From an uncultured Planctomycetota bacterium (lineage in GTDB: Bacteria; Planctomycetota; Planctomycetia; Pirellulales; Lacipirellulaceae): a stretch of 64,000 bases of DNA. The notes below the pieces were generated by a model. It worked only from the letters and a program-made list of their open reading frames with translations. It had not been told where the DNA came from and made no database searches. A program made the translations under genes and the position numbers. Shown piece after piece: positions 9,245 to 20,067 of the stretch (its first letter is position 1; each line of letters starts with the position of its first letter). The stretch spans positions 1 to 64,000 of the forward strand of contig CAVRBU010000011.1 of the NCBI GenBank assembly GCA_963719315.1, in the 5' to 3' direction.

Positions 9245-11431
9245 ATGCGAGTCATACATTTTACTGGAAACCCAATTTTCACGGCGGCATTGAGCTTGCT
9301 CTTTGCGGCCGGCACTGCGCTCGCCGGTCATGGTGGCCATGGTAACGGTGGAGGTGGCGGCGGCGGGGCACCGTCATTTAGTGGTGGCGGCGGCGGCAGT
9401 TCGCGGTCATTTAGCGGTGGAGGTGGCGGCGGCAGTTCGCGGTCATTTAGCGGCGGCGGTGGTGGTGGTGGTGGTGGTTCTAGGTCCTATAGTGGTGGCG
9501 GCGGAGGCAGCAGTTCGTTCCGCTCATTTAGCGGCGGTGGCGGCGGCGATCGTACTTTGTCGTCACGTTCGTTCAACAGTGGCGGTGGCGGTAACTCTTC
9601 CTTGCGTTCGTTTAGCAGCAGTACCGGCAGTCCGTCAATTCGCTCTTTTAATGGCGGCAGTAGCTTCAGCAGTGGCAGCAGCGCGAGCAGCAGCGGCGAT
9701 CGATCCGTTCGCACGTTCAGCGGCAATAGTGGCAGCAGCAATCAATCGCCCCGCTCCCTCGGCGGCAGCTCGTCGAGCTTCCCGCGAGTCTTGGGCAACA
9801 CGACCGGGAATTCGCCGAACCCCGGAAGATCGTTTCAATCTTCCGACGGTGGCCGCGTCCGCTCGTTCAGTGGATCGAGCGACATCGGAAACAAAGGAGT
9901 AGGCTCTGCCGGCGCCGGCCAATCCTCTGCCAGAACCTTCCAGGGTGGTCCAACGCTAAGCACTTACAAGCAAACCGACGGCCGTTCCAACGTGGATCGC
10001 GCTCAACTCAATTCGTTTCTCCAGAGCAGATCGAGCGATGGCTCTTCGCAACAGGGAAACAATTCGTCGCAGTTAGGCAATAACCAGTCGGGCCGGAAGT
10101 CGTCTGCTGATATGGCAAGATTTCAGTCCGGTCAAAATCAATCCGACCAAGGATCACGCACCTTCGGAGGGGGCCGAACCACCGGCGATCAAGTTCGCAA
10201 TTTCCTGAATCTTCACGGCAGCGACACCGCGCGGCTGGCGGAAAACGACAAAGCCACTGGCGGCAAAGGCCGCGGCGGAAATGGCAACGCCCAAGATCTC
10301 TTCCGAAATCGCGACAACACGATCCATGACAATAACAACCACGACAGCAACAGCACGTTCCGCAAACAGGGCGACGTTTCGGGAGGCGACAAATTCCGTT
10401 TTAAGAATGGTGATGGTCACAATGATCGTGCAAACGGGCCGGAGAACAACGGCCTTGGCAGCAACGGTTCGATTCGCAAGGGCCACGATGGCCCGAATTC
10501 TGGCAATCGCAATTGGAACAACGACAAGGAACGCAACGGCGGTCGCAAAGACTTCCACGGCAGCGACTCCGCGAAGCACGAGTTCAACCAATGGAGTAAC
10601 ATCGGGAAAGGCAAGAACGGCGACGGCCACGATCACCGCGACTGGTCCGGCAAATGGCGGGACGGTGATCGGTTCGAAGCCGCCAACCATATTCGCGGCG
10701 ACTGGTGGGGACGCCGAGATTATGACCACTTCCCGTTCCGCGGCAGTTGGTGGGGCCGCGGCCACGGCTGGGGCTATTGGGATGACTGCGCCTTCCGCTT
10801 CAATCGCCCGTTCTACTGGTGGGGTTGGGCGAGCTATCCGATTCTGGATTCATGGTGCAGCTTCGGCTGGTCCACGCCCTACTACTGGGATTACGGTCCG
10901 GGCGAGTACATCTATTGCAACAACGGCGTCGTGTACGTGAACGGCAATTGGTTCGAGCCGGCGCCGGTGTTCTATCAACAAACGGTGCGGCTGATCGACC
11001 AGGCGCCTGCACTCACGCCCGAGGCGGTCGCCCAAGCGGAGTGGCTGCCGCTCGGCGTATTCGCCGTCACGCCCGATGGCCTGAACGAGGCGAACGTGCT
11101 CGCGCAGCTCGCTGTGACGAAGGACGGCATCATCGGCGGCACGGTCTTCGACCAGAAGGCCGGCAAGAGTTACACCGTGCAAGGTACGGTGGACAAGAAC
11201 TCGCAACGGGCCGCGTGGTCGTACACGAACGATCAAAACGTGCGCGTCGTCATGGAGACGAGCGTCAACAATCTGACGCAAAATGAATCGACCGGCCTGG
11301 TGCACTACGGGCCGAACGATCAGCGAGTGGTCGAGATCGTGCGACTCCAAGACCCAAGCGGCGACAAACCGGCCGACCAATTACCGGTGCCGCCGCAGCA
11401 CCCAGCGCCGCCACAGCAACCAGTGCAGTAA
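9245..11431 (+). CDS. Secreted Gly/Ser/Asn-rich low-complexity protein with a Trp/Tyr-rich segment and a conserved planctomycete C-terminal domain
   Basis: Signal peptide, repeated RSFSGGGGG units, C-terminal EWLPLGVFA...QLAVTKDGIIGG...GTVDKNSQRAAW. Confidence 0.8.
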   Translation: MRVIHFTGNPIFTAALSLLFAAGTALAGHGGHGNGGGGGGGAPSFSGGGGGSSRSFSGGGGGGSSRSFSGGGGGGGGGSRSYSGGGGGSSSFRSFSGGGGGDRTLSSRSFNSGGGGNSSLRSFSSSTGSPSIRSFNGGSSFSSGSSASSSGDRSVRTFSGNSGSSNQSPRSLGGSSSSFPRVLGNTTGNSPNPGRSFQSSDGGRVRSFSGSSDIGNKGVGSAGAGQSSARTFQGGPTLSTYKQTDGRSNVDRAQLNSFLQSRSSDGSSQQGNNSSQLGNNQSGRKSSADMARFQSGQNQSDQGSRTFGGGRTTGDQVRNFLNLHGSDTARLAENDKATGGKGRGGNGNAQDLFRNRDNTIHDNNNHDSNSTFRKQGDVSGGDKFRFKNGDGHNDRANGPENNGLGSNGSIRKGHDGPNSGNRNWNNDKERNGGRKDFHGSDSAKHEFNQWSNIGKGKNGDGHDHRDWSGKWRDGDRFEAANHIRGDWWGRRDYDHFPFRGSWWGRGHGWGYWDDCAFRFNRPFYWWGWASYPILDSWCSFGWSTPYYWDYGPGEYIYCNNGVVYVNGNWFEPAPVFYQQTVRLIDQAPALTPEAVAQAEWLPLGVFAVTPDGLNEANVLAQLAVTKDGIIGGTVFDQKAGKSYTVQGTVDKNSQRAAWSYTNDQNVRVVMETSVNNLTQNESTGLVHYGPNDQRVVEIVRLQDPSGDKPADQLPVPPQHPAPPQQPVQ

Positions 11432-11527
11432 AAATCGCGAAACCGCTCGAATCGCGACGGGGAACGCAGGTCGAACTGATCTGCGTTCCCTTTATTGTGA
11501 CTTGAGTGTCATTCGATCTGTTAACTG

Positions 11528-11950
11528 TCAGCGAAGTTTCGTGACATGCCGGACGTGCTTGGCAAATGGTGTCGAGGAAAGCGCGTTGACGAAGCGCTCG
11601 TCGGCCGTCACGAGTCGGCATTTACGATCGATTGCCAGTGCCAGGTACAGGCAATCGTAAACGGTGCGATCGGTGGCGATCGCGAGTTCAAGGGCAGGCG
11701 CGAGTAGCCCCTCGGTCGGGGCAACGTCCAATGGTAATCGGAGCAGGTCGGCGACGAGTTCGGCAGCTTCGTCCGCGTTCATTTCGCCCCGTCGAACGCG
11801 TTTCCACGTGATATTCGCGACTTCACTCCAAATCAGTTTGGGTGCCGCGAGCGAGCGTCGTGGGGAAAGCAGCCGCCGCGCTGAGGAGGAATGTTCTTCT
11901 GAGAAGAACCACTTGGCGACGACGCTCGCGTCGACAACAAGTGTTGTCAT
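11528..11950 (-). CDS. vapC: Type II TA toxin, VapC/PIN family
   Basis: LVVDASVVAKW, EVAN, YDCLYLALA, LVTAD. Confidence 0.92.
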   Translation of the reverse strand: MTTLVVDASVVAKWFFSEEHSSSARRLLSPRRSLAAPKLIWSEVANITWKRVRRGEMNADEAAELVADLLRLPLDVAPTEGLLAPALELAIATDRTVYDCLYLALAIDRKCRLVTADERFVNALSSTPFAKHVRHVTKLR

Positions 11951-12177
11951 CGTCGTCGGTCCTCGTCGAGCAATCGAACGCTATCGGAAAGCTTGCGTCC
12001 CGCAAGCCGCTTTCGCCAGTCGTTGACGACCAGGCGTGCTTCTTTCGCCGTGAAGCCAGCGGCCGATTCAAGAATCGAGCGGGCTTCGCTTTCGAGCGAA
12101 CGGCCGTGCGAAGTCGCGCGGTCTTTCAGACGAGCAACGACCTTTTCCTCTAATCCGCGAACCAAGAGTTGCGCCAT
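11947..12177 (-). CDS. FitA-like ribbon-helix-helix antitoxin
   Basis: MAQLLVRGLEEKVVARLKDRATSHGRSLESEARSIL; 4-bp overlap with the toxin gene. Confidence 0.9.
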   Translation of the reverse strand: MAQLLVRGLEEKVVARLKDRATSHGRSLESEARSILESAAGFTAKEARLVVNDWRKRLAGRKLSDSVRLLDEDRRR

Positions 12178-12483
12178 GTAGATACTCCTAGAACAGAGCC
12201 ACTCCAAATGATAGCATAATGCTATCAAATCGTAAGAATCCGCACAAGATGGTAGTGTCCTAATCTTCGGCACAACAAGCTTGTGGCACGAACTTCAGTC
12301 CGTGATTCTCGTAAGGACTGAAGTCCGTGCTACATATGTTCCGGTCCGAACGGTGCCAAATTAGGACACCACCCACAAAATGCAAGATCACGGTGGGTCG
12401 TCCTGCCAGGTTCCAGAGAACCAAGGCGCCCTCAACCTGCCCTCTAGCAACCGGAGAGGGTTTTGAAAGCAGAACGATATCGG

Positions 12484-13236
12484 CTAGGGCAACTCGCGAA
12501 TTCTTAAGTCTTTGAATTCGACGGGGGCGCCTTCGGATTCGAGGCACAGAAAGCCGGAGCGGGGATCGCAGTTGTTGCCGCCGGATACTTCTTCGCCATT
12601 CACCCAGAGGCGGATTTCGCCGTTGATCGCGCGGACGTAATAGTGGTTCCACTGCCCAAAGCCCTTGCTCAAGTTTTTTCTGGGAAAGCTGCGCTCGCCG
12701 GTAGGCGAAGTGGGCGGGAACGGTTTCATTTTGGCGGAGCCGACAGGGAACACGTCGCCGTTGGTCGTAAACCAGGTAGCCTTTCTGCCTTTGGCGGATT
12801 TCTCATATTGTTCCGTGTAGCCGTGATCGAGAATTTGGACTTCGATACCGCACTTCGGCAGGCCGGCGACATCGGGCTTCATTTCCTTAAGGGCGGACTC
12901 GGCCGTCCACACGAAGATGCCGGAGTTGCCGCCCGATTCGAGGTGCTTCCACTGGGCGACGAGTTCGAAGTTCGTATACTGCTTTTGGCTGCGCGTTACG
13001 CCGACCGGCTTGCCCGTGCAATGCAAGACGCCCTCTTTCCAGCTCCACGTATCGGGCGCGCCGTTGACGGGCGTGAAGTCCTTCTCGCCGAGCGAAACCC
13101 AACCCGGCCCGGTGCCGTCGATAAATGCCTTGGGCAGTGCCGTGGAGTCACTCAACTCAGCCGCGATGGAGAATCGCGACAGGAGAACAATAATCAACAA
13201 ACTATCCCGCAATGTGGCGATCATCTTCCCATCCAT
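12484..13236 (-). CDS. DUF1080 (3-keto-disaccharide hydrolase-like) protein
   Basis: YTNFELVAQWK, GNSGIFV, IEVQILD, GQWNHY, GFLCLESEG. Confidence 0.9.
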   Translation of the reverse strand: MDGKMIATLRDSLLIIVLLSRFSIAAELSDSTALPKAFIDGTGPGWVSLGEKDFTPVNGAPDTWSWKEGVLHCTGKPVGVTRSQKQYTNFELVAQWKHLESGGNSGIFVWTAESALKEMKPDVAGLPKCGIEVQILDHGYTEQYEKSAKGRKATWFTTNGDVFPVGSAKMKPFPPTSPTGERSFPRKNLSKGFGQWNHYYVRAINGEIRLWVNGEEVSGGNNCDPRSGFLCLESEGAPVEFKDLRIRELP

Positions 13237-13404
13237 TTCACTGGTGGTGCATCGGTTTCCATCGGCAAAAAGGCCCGCTCGCTCAGCGACCAGAGCATTG
13301 ACAACGGATATCGGTTGAATGACGCTATGTCAAGCGGGCGCGGGGACGGTCAGCGCAACTCCTTAACGAATTCCGGGCGAATGGGCACACGCCCATTGTA
13401 ACCT

Positions 13405-14880
13405 ATGGATCGACCGCTGTTTTTTGATCGATGGCTCGCCATTTGTGCCGCGATTCTGGCGATCGTAAGCTCGACGTGGCGGATTGCGGACGCCGAAAAA
13501 ACGAGCGATGCGCCCGCCAAGCCGAACATCGTCTTGATCCTGGCAGATGACCTAGGCTGGACCGACCTCGCCTGCTACGGCAGCAAGCTCTATGAAACGC
13601 CGAACATCGACCGACTCGCGCGCGACGGGATGAAATTCACCCAGGCATACTCGGCCTGCACGGTTTGTTCGCCCACGCGTGCGGCATTGCTCACCGGCAA
13701 GTACCCGGCCCGGCTGCACATCACCGATTGGATCCCGGGCCAGATGCCCGAGAACCCCAAGCTGATCGTGCCGGATTGGACGAAGTACTTGCCGCTGGAA
13801 GAAATCACGATTGCCCGGGCGCTCAAGGAATGGGGCTATGCAACGGCCAGCATCGGCAAGTGGCACCTCGGCGGCGAGGAGTATTACCCCGATAAGCACG
13901 GCTTCGATATCAACGTCGCGGGCACCGACTTGCCGAACACGCAACATTATTTTTCACCGTACGAAATTGCAACGTTGCCCGATGGACCGAAGGGCGAGTA
14001 CGTCACCGATCGCCTGACGGCCGAGGCGATTCGCTTCATCGAGGCCAACCGGGACAAGCCGTTTTTTCTGTACTTGCCGCACTTCGCCGTACACTTGCCG
14101 CTGCAGGCCAAGCAAGCGCTTATCAAGAAATACCAAGCGAAGCTGCGGCCCGGCATGGCCCAGAACAACGCCGTGTATGCGGCGATGATCGACAGCCTCG
14201 ATCAGTCGGTCGGCCGCATTCGCGACGAGCTCAAGAGGCTCAAAATTGAGGACCATACGCTCGTGATTTTCGCCTCGGATAACGGCGGCCGAGTGCCGAC
14301 GACCTCGAACCTGCCGCTGCGGGTGGGCAAAGGCTCTTGTTACGAAGGGGGCACGCGGGTACCGCTGATCATCGATTGGCCGGGCGTCACCGAGCCGGGC
14401 AGCGTGTGTGATACACCCGTCATTAGCATGGATTTGTACCCGACGATCGCCGAGCTCGCGGGCGCGACGGACTTCGTGAAGTATGCGGTGGATGGGGTGG
14501 ACCTCGCTCCACTCTTGCGCCAATCTGGCAAGCCCGCGCGCGACGAACTGTTCTGGCACTATCCGCATTATCAGCATTACCAATTGGGCGGCGCGACGCC
14601 GTACAGTGCAATCCGCAAAGGCGATTTCAAGTTGATCGAGTTTCTCGACGACATGCGCGTCGAGCTTTACAATTTGCGCGACGACATCGGCGAGCAACGC
14701 AATCTCGCCGCGAAAATGCCAGACGAAGTGAACGAGCTGCGCGAGCGGTTGCACGCCTGGCGCAAGGAAGTCGGAGCCCAAATGCCGACGCGGAATCCGA
14801 ACTATGATCCCTCGAAGCCGGAACATACGCCGCAGGCGAAGAAGGGCGATCGAAGGCCGCCGCCGGCGGCCAAGAGTTAG
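13405..14880 (+). CDS. Formylglycine-dependent sulfatase (S1 family)
   Basis: PNIVLILADDLG, CSPTRAALLTG, GKWHLG, SDNGG. Confidence 0.95.
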   Translation: MDRPLFFDRWLAICAAILAIVSSTWRIADAEKTSDAPAKPNIVLILADDLGWTDLACYGSKLYETPNIDRLARDGMKFTQAYSACTVCSPTRAALLTGKYPARLHITDWIPGQMPENPKLIVPDWTKYLPLEEITIARALKEWGYATASIGKWHLGGEEYYPDKHGFDINVAGTDLPNTQHYFSPYEIATLPDGPKGEYVTDRLTAEAIRFIEANRDKPFFLYLPHFAVHLPLQAKQALIKKYQAKLRPGMAQNNAVYAAMIDSLDQSVGRIRDELKRLKIEDHTLVIFASDNGGRVPTTSNLPLRVGKGSCYEGGTRVPLIIDWPGVTEPGSVCDTPVISMDLYPTIAELAGATDFVKYAVDGVDLAPLLRQSGKPARDELFWHYPHYQHYQLGGATPYSAIRKGDFKLIEFLDDMRVELYNLRDDIGEQRNLAAKMPDEVNELRERLHAWRKEVGAQMPTRNPNYDPSKPEHTPQAKKGDRRPPPAAKS

Positions 14881-14967
14881 TTCGGCCGTAGCGGAATTCG
14901 CAAGCATTCCGACTTGATTCCACTCCAGCTACATTTTTCACCATTTGGCGAATGCGGACGCAACAAC

Positions 14968-16054
14968 ATGTCTCACCAAATTCGAACTACGGCCCTGTCA
15001 TTCCTACTGGCCGTGTGCTTTGCGTTTGCATTCGAGCGTCCTGTGGTCGCTCAATCGTCCGCCGACAAACCAGCCGCCGTTCGTTGGGCGATCGCCTTGC
15101 ACGCCGGCGCGGGCAGCACGCCGCGGGATTTGAAGCCGGAAGATCGTGAACCGCTCGAAAAGTCGCTCCGCGCGGCCCTCGCGATTGGCAACGATTGGCA
15201 AGGATGTTTTGGAGCACGGCGGGACGGCGTTGGATGCGGTCGAGAAAGTAGTCGCCGCCCTGGAAAACAATCCGCTCTTCAACGCCGGCAAGGGCGCCGT
15301 CTTCACCCGGGCTGGCACGCATGAACTCGATGCGTCGATCATGGACGGGGCGACGCTTCGCTGCGGTGCCGTCGGCGGTGTCAAAGCGCAAAAGAATCCG
15401 GTGAGGGTGGCCCGGCTCGTCATGGAGCGCACGCCCCATATCTTGCTGTCGGGCGGTGAAGCCGATGCATTCGGCGCGAAGAATGGTTGCGATCAGGTGG
15501 CTCAAGACTATTTCTACACTGAGAAACGGTTTCGCCAACTGCAGGAGTTTCTGAAGAAAGAAAAGCTCGAACCACTCGAAAAGCCGGCCTATCCCGCGAA
15601 GGTTTCCGCGACATCACCCACCGGCCCGCGCGACGATGGCACGCGCGGCACGGTCGGCTGCGTCGCGCTCGATACGCACGGCAATCTAGCCGCCGCCACA
15701 AGCACCGGCGGCCTTACGGGCAAGATGCCGGGCCGCCTCGGCGATACGCCGATCATCGGTGCCGGCAACTACGCGAACAACAAGTCGTGCGCCGTCAGCG
15801 GCACCGGTAAGGGCGAGGAGTTCATCCGCCATTCAATTGCATCGCGCGTAGGGCTGCTTATGGAAGAGCGCAAGGTTCCACTCGCGGAAGCCGTTCGCGT
15901 ATGCGTGAACAACGTCCTGCACCCCGGCGAGGGCGGCATCATCGCCGTCGATCGCGAAGGCCATGTATCGATGCTCTCGAACACGAGCGCCATGCCCCGG
16001 GCCGTCGCCGATTCCACGGGGCGGTTCAAAATGGCGATCTGGTTGGATCGTTAA
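14968..16054 (+). CDS. iaaA: Isoaspartyl peptidase/L-asparaginase (Ntn hydrolase), frameshifted by a 10-bp tandem duplication at 15182-15201
   Basis: AIALHAGAG, FNAGKGAVF, ELDASIMDG, GTVGCVA, ATSTGG, GRLGDTP. Confidence 0.85.
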
Positions 16055-16168
16055 TCCGCCATCAAGAGGGCAATCGGGCAGCTTTCCCGGCCAGCAATTG
16101 TCGCAGTGGCATGCTATAATCACAACGCTGCCGCGGGTTTATTCGCACGCGCGCCGGAGAGCAAGAAA

Positions 16169-17995
16169 ATGCAGTCCTCGATTTTGCTGCCCCTTGGGTC
16201 GATTCGTTGGTCGGTTCGCTTCGTCGCGGCGTTCTTCCTCGCTAGTGCGCTCGTTGGCGGCGTTCCCGCGCTCGCCTCGTTCACCGAACAGGGCGCAACC
16301 ATTCTCGGCGGCGTCAACCTTTCGGGTCGTAGCGCGTCGCTGGCAGATATCGACAATGACGGCGATTTGGATCTGCTGTTCCAGGGCGCCGCGTCCGGAG
16401 GCCTTTCGACTCCGCCGGTGCTGATGCAGAACAATCTTATCGGCACGGGGGCGCACACGTTTACGAACATTACGGCGAAGCTCGCATACTCACTATCGTC
16501 GTCATCCAACGGATCGTGGAGCGCGGCCTGGGGCGACTACGACGGCGACGGTAAGATCGACGTTTTTATCGGCGAGACAAATTCCGGTTCTACGGCGGGT
16601 GCACTGTTGAAAAACAATTGGCCCAATGATTTCTCGAATGTGAGCGCGACAACCATCAACGATCCGGGCTTCCACCAAAACGTGGCTTGGGGAGATTTCA
16701 ACAACGACCGCCGCCTGGATCTCGTGATCGGCATGGAAGGCCCTGAGAAGCACCAGATGTATCTGCAAAATGCCAACGGTACCTTCACGGCGTCGGGGGC
16801 GGCAGTAGGGATTCAGGCCGCATACGGAACAAAATCCTATGGCCTTGCGATCGGCGATTACGATGGCGACGGCGATATGGATCTCTACATCTCCACCTGC
16901 ATCAGTACGGGCACCATCCGAAACAACTTCTACAAGAATATGCTCAAGGAGACGGGCACGCTGAGCTATATCGATGTTGCCGACACCAACGGCACACAGA
17001 ACTCGACGAATACGTACGGTGCCGAATTCGTCGATTTCGATAACGACGGCAAGCTCGACCTGCTCGTCACCGGCGCCGACGGCCAGCCCAGCAAAATCTA
17101 TCGCAATAACGGCAACGGCTCGTTTACCGATGTGGATACCATCACCGGCCACGCGCTAATTAGCAACGTAGGTACCGATCTAAACGGTTTCAACGCCGTC
17201 GATTACGACAACGATGGCGACCTCGACCTCTACTTTCACGATAACTTGTCGTTAACCGGTAGCGTGAAGCTTTATCGCAACGACGGTGGTTGGCAATTTA
17301 TCGATGTCACTACCTCGGTCGGCATTGCAAATACGGGCGCCGGCGGCTACGACGGCGTGTGGGGCGATATCGATCGCGACGGCGACCAGGATTTAATCAA
17401 TCCGAATAACGGCACGTTTAGCGGCACTCCTACTCCCGAGCGGGTCTACATTAACGACGCTTCGACCAACGGCAACCACTGGCTGTATGCGAAGCTGGCG
17501 GGCCCGAGTTGGAATACCACGGGCATCGGTTCCTCGCTGTATGCCACGCTGAACGCTGGTACTCCGCAGGAAGTCACGCTCCGCCGGGAAGCAAACACGA
17601 ATGCCGGAACGTTCAACCAGAGCGACTTGCCAGTTCACTTCGGGCTCGGCGACGCCGACATCATCGATTTGCTCCGCATCCGCTGGCCCGATGGTTCGAG
17701 CCAGAGCCTCTACGATGTCGCCGCCGATGAATACCTCACGATCCGCTATTTGCCGGGCGACTACAACGGCAACGGCGTCGTGGACGCCGCCGACTACGCT
17801 ATTTGGCGCGAGAATCCCGGCGACTTCTATACGCTGGCCGATTACGACGTGTGGCGCAGGCACTTTGGCCAATCGCTGCCGGGAAGCGGTTTTGGTGAGA
17901 GTGCCGCCGTCCCCGAACCGGCCACCGCATGGCAGTTGCTGGCAGCGATGGCCCTTTTGTCAAGGACCGTCAAACGACGGCGCGTGCTCGAATGA
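16169..17995 (+). CDS. CRTAC1/FG-GAP-VCBS repeat protein with an ASPIC/UnbV domain, a dockerin-like motif and a PEP-CTERM tail
   Basis: Several DxDxDGDxD repeats, QSDLPVHFGLG...IRWPDG, GDYNGNGVVDAADY, VPEP plus TM plus RRR. Confidence 0.88.
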   Translation: MQSSILLPLGSIRWSVRFVAAFFLASALVGGVPALASFTEQGATILGGVNLSGRSASLADIDNDGDLDLLFQGAASGGLSTPPVLMQNNLIGTGAHTFTNITAKLAYSLSSSSNGSWSAAWGDYDGDGKIDVFIGETNSGSTAGALLKNNWPNDFSNVSATTINDPGFHQNVAWGDFNNDRRLDLVIGMEGPEKHQMYLQNANGTFTASGAAVGIQAAYGTKSYGLAIGDYDGDGDMDLYISTCISTGTIRNNFYKNMLKETGTLSYIDVADTNGTQNSTNTYGAEFVDFDNDGKLDLLVTGADGQPSKIYRNNGNGSFTDVDTITGHALISNVGTDLNGFNAVDYDNDGDLDLYFHDNLSLTGSVKLYRNDGGWQFIDVTTSVGIANTGAGGYDGVWGDIDRDGDQDLINPNNGTFSGTPTPERVYINDASTNGNHWLYAKLAGPSWNTTGIGSSLYATLNAGTPQEVTLRREANTNAGTFNQSDLPVHFGLGDADIIDLLRIRWPDGSSQSLYDVAADEYLTIRYLPGDYNGNGVVDAADYAIWRENPGDFYTLADYDVWRRHFGQSLPGSGFGESAAVPEPATAWQLLAAMALLSRTVKRRRVLE

Positions 17996-18086
17996 CGATC
18001 GCTTTAGCGGCCGTCGCCAGGCAGCGGCGAACACCAACCAGTTCCGGCGTCGTCAGTAACCCGATAACGCCCATGCCCGCAGTTTC

Positions 18087-18902
18087 CTATCGCCGCCGCA
18101 ACCCGGAACAGACTATCGCCCCGGCCACAACCAGCAAAACGCCCGCCCCTGGTTCGGGCACAGTCGTGTACGTAATCGTGAGCGCCGGATGCACGTCGTG
18201 CAGAAGCGGGAAGCCTTGGGTATCGAGCGCTGCCGATCGCGAAAAGAAAGCTCGGGCCGTCCCCTGTGTGGCTTCATCGCCGTTGATCAGGATCCAACCG
18301 AAATTCGTGGCCGAATTGTCCAACCAATCCTGAACATCACTCACGAGAGCCGGCGTCGACAGCCAATTGTAGGCCGTGGGATTGGTTTGGTCTGGGTTGG
18401 GAACCCCGATCGAGGCAATGGCACTTGCGGCTGTGTTAAAGTCGTCGTCCGCCCCTGGATTCGTCCATGCCGTCGATCCAAAGGACCGCTCGTTCCACGT
18501 CGCATCGCCCGGGCCGGCGTCAAAACCCCCTCCGCTGAAGTGAACGGAATCAACATCGCCGCCGGCAGTGCCCTCGCCCCAGTCGGCGGACAGCCGGTGC
18601 AATTCCACGGGATTCGATGTTCCTCCGCCGAGCGCTAAGAACAGCGTCAATTGAACCGAAGTTATCGTTGCGCCCGTTGGCACGTTGCCGGCGATATCGA
18701 ACGCAATCAATCCGCGGCGCGGCGACTTCGTGGCCGTGCTGCCCACGAAGATGCCCGCTGCACCGCCGCCGCTGTTCGTGGCAAAGTTCTGAAAGATCGA
18801 ATTATCTTTGCTCGCGCCGATCGTGACCGAGTCCGACCGGGCACTGGCAAGGCCGAACGACAGCGCCGTGAGTAGCGCGAGAACCGGGGAGAAGAATTTC
18901 AT
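18087..18902 (-). CDS. DNRLRE-domain secreted protein with a PEP-CTERM tail
   Basis: KDNSIF, RRGLIAFDI, DWGEG, DVQDWLD...NFGWIL, VPEP plus TM plus RRR. Confidence 0.82.
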   Translation of the reverse strand: MKFFSPVLALLTALSFGLASARSDSVTIGASKDNSIFQNFATNSGGGAAGIFVGSTATKSPRRGLIAFDIAGNVPTGATITSVQLTLFLALGGGTSNPVELHRLSADWGEGTAGGDVDSVHFSGGGFDAGPGDATWNERSFGSTAWTNPGADDDFNTAASAIASIGVPNPDQTNPTAYNWLSTPALVSDVQDWLDNSATNFGWILINGDEATQGTARAFFSRSAALDTQGFPLLHDVHPALTITYTTVPEPGAGVLLVVAGAIVCSGLRRR

Positions 18903-19003
18903 GGTATTTAGCCTGTTGATTGCCCTGGCTCTTATAGCTTACTCGGCCAGGAATTCGTGTCCATACGCGGCGGGTTCAGCCGCAAATTGCAGTTGTGGTT
19001 TCG

Positions 19004-19912
19004 TCATGCAAACGCGGCGCGAATCTGCTCGATATACCTTTGGCACTCGGTTCGCGGGTCGCCTTTTTCTTCGAATTCCAGCACGATGTAGCCGCGATAG
19101 CCGGCCGTGCGCAGGATTTCGGCAAGGCGCTGGAAATCGCTCTGTTCCGCCGGCTTCCCGGCCGGGTGGATCATTACCTTTACTTGGACATTGAGCGCAT
19201 ACGGCGCGATCTTCGCCAGGTCGCCGTACACGTCGGCGGAATAGAAGTTTCCGGTGTCGACGTTCACGCCGAACCAGGCGCTCTTCACGCCGCGGACGAT
19301 GGCCAGCATGTTGTCGGCGTCGGCCGTGAGACCGCCGTGGTTTTCGAGGGCCAGGAACACGCCGTACTTGCCGGCGTGTGCGCAACATTCTTCGATTCCT
19401 TCAATCGCCAGCCGATTAGCGTCCTCGCCGCTCTGGCCGGGTTTGCGACTGCCGGAGAAAATGCGGATCACCGGTGCGTCCATCGCGTCGGCATATTCAA
19501 TCCAGCGCTTGACGCTGGCGATTTCCCGTTCGCGCTTCGGACCAGCCGGGTAACAGAAGTCGTTGCGCACCGCGGTCCCTGAAACATCGAGGCCGAGTCG
19601 GAACGCCGTCGCCTTCAATTGGCGAAAATACGCCAGCGGGCCATCCTGGGAGAGATAATAGGATGTGAGTTCCGTCCCGTCCAAATTGAATTTAGCGCAA
19701 TCGTCGATGAAGTCGTCGATCGTGAGCTTCTTCGATTTGCCTTGCAGCAAGTCGCGATAGCTGTAGGCGGCCAGGCTGAATTTGAAGTGCGCCCCGGTCG
19801 TGCGAGCGATCGGTTCGATCGCGCGGCAGACGGGCGTGTTGAGCGCGGCCGCGCCGGCCGCCGCCGCAAACGTGGATAGGACAAAACCTCGTCGGTCGGT
19901 AGTGTATGACAT
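19004..19912 (-). CDS. Tat-exported sugar phosphate isomerase/epimerase (xylose isomerase-like TIM barrel)
   Basis: DRRGF Tat motif, LALENHG, VNVDTGN, GYIVLEFE. Confidence 0.88.
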   Translation of the reverse strand: MSYTTDRRGFVLSTFAAAAGAAALNTPVCRAIEPIARTTGAHFKFSLAAYSYRDLLQGKSKKLTIDDFIDDCAKFNLDGTELTSYYLSQDGPLAYFRQLKATAFRLGLDVSGTAVRNDFCYPAGPKREREIASVKRWIEYADAMDAPVIRIFSGSRKPGQSGEDANRLAIEGIEECCAHAGKYGVFLALENHGGLTADADNMLAIVRGVKSAWFGVNVDTGNFYSADVYGDLAKIAPYALNVQVKVMIHPAGKPAEQSDFQRLAEILRTAGYRGYIVLEFEEKGDPRTECQRYIEQIRAAFA

Positions 19913-20067
19913 TTCGGAGCTCGCATTCTCGCGGTAGCAGAGCAACAATTAGGAACAGACAAGGTGCCACAGGAACGAAGAATTTCCACTATAATGGCCG
20001 ACGGCCGGTGCGGCCGCAATGAACGGACCCAGGTTGCCTTTTACTCCATACCAAAGTGGGACAACAA

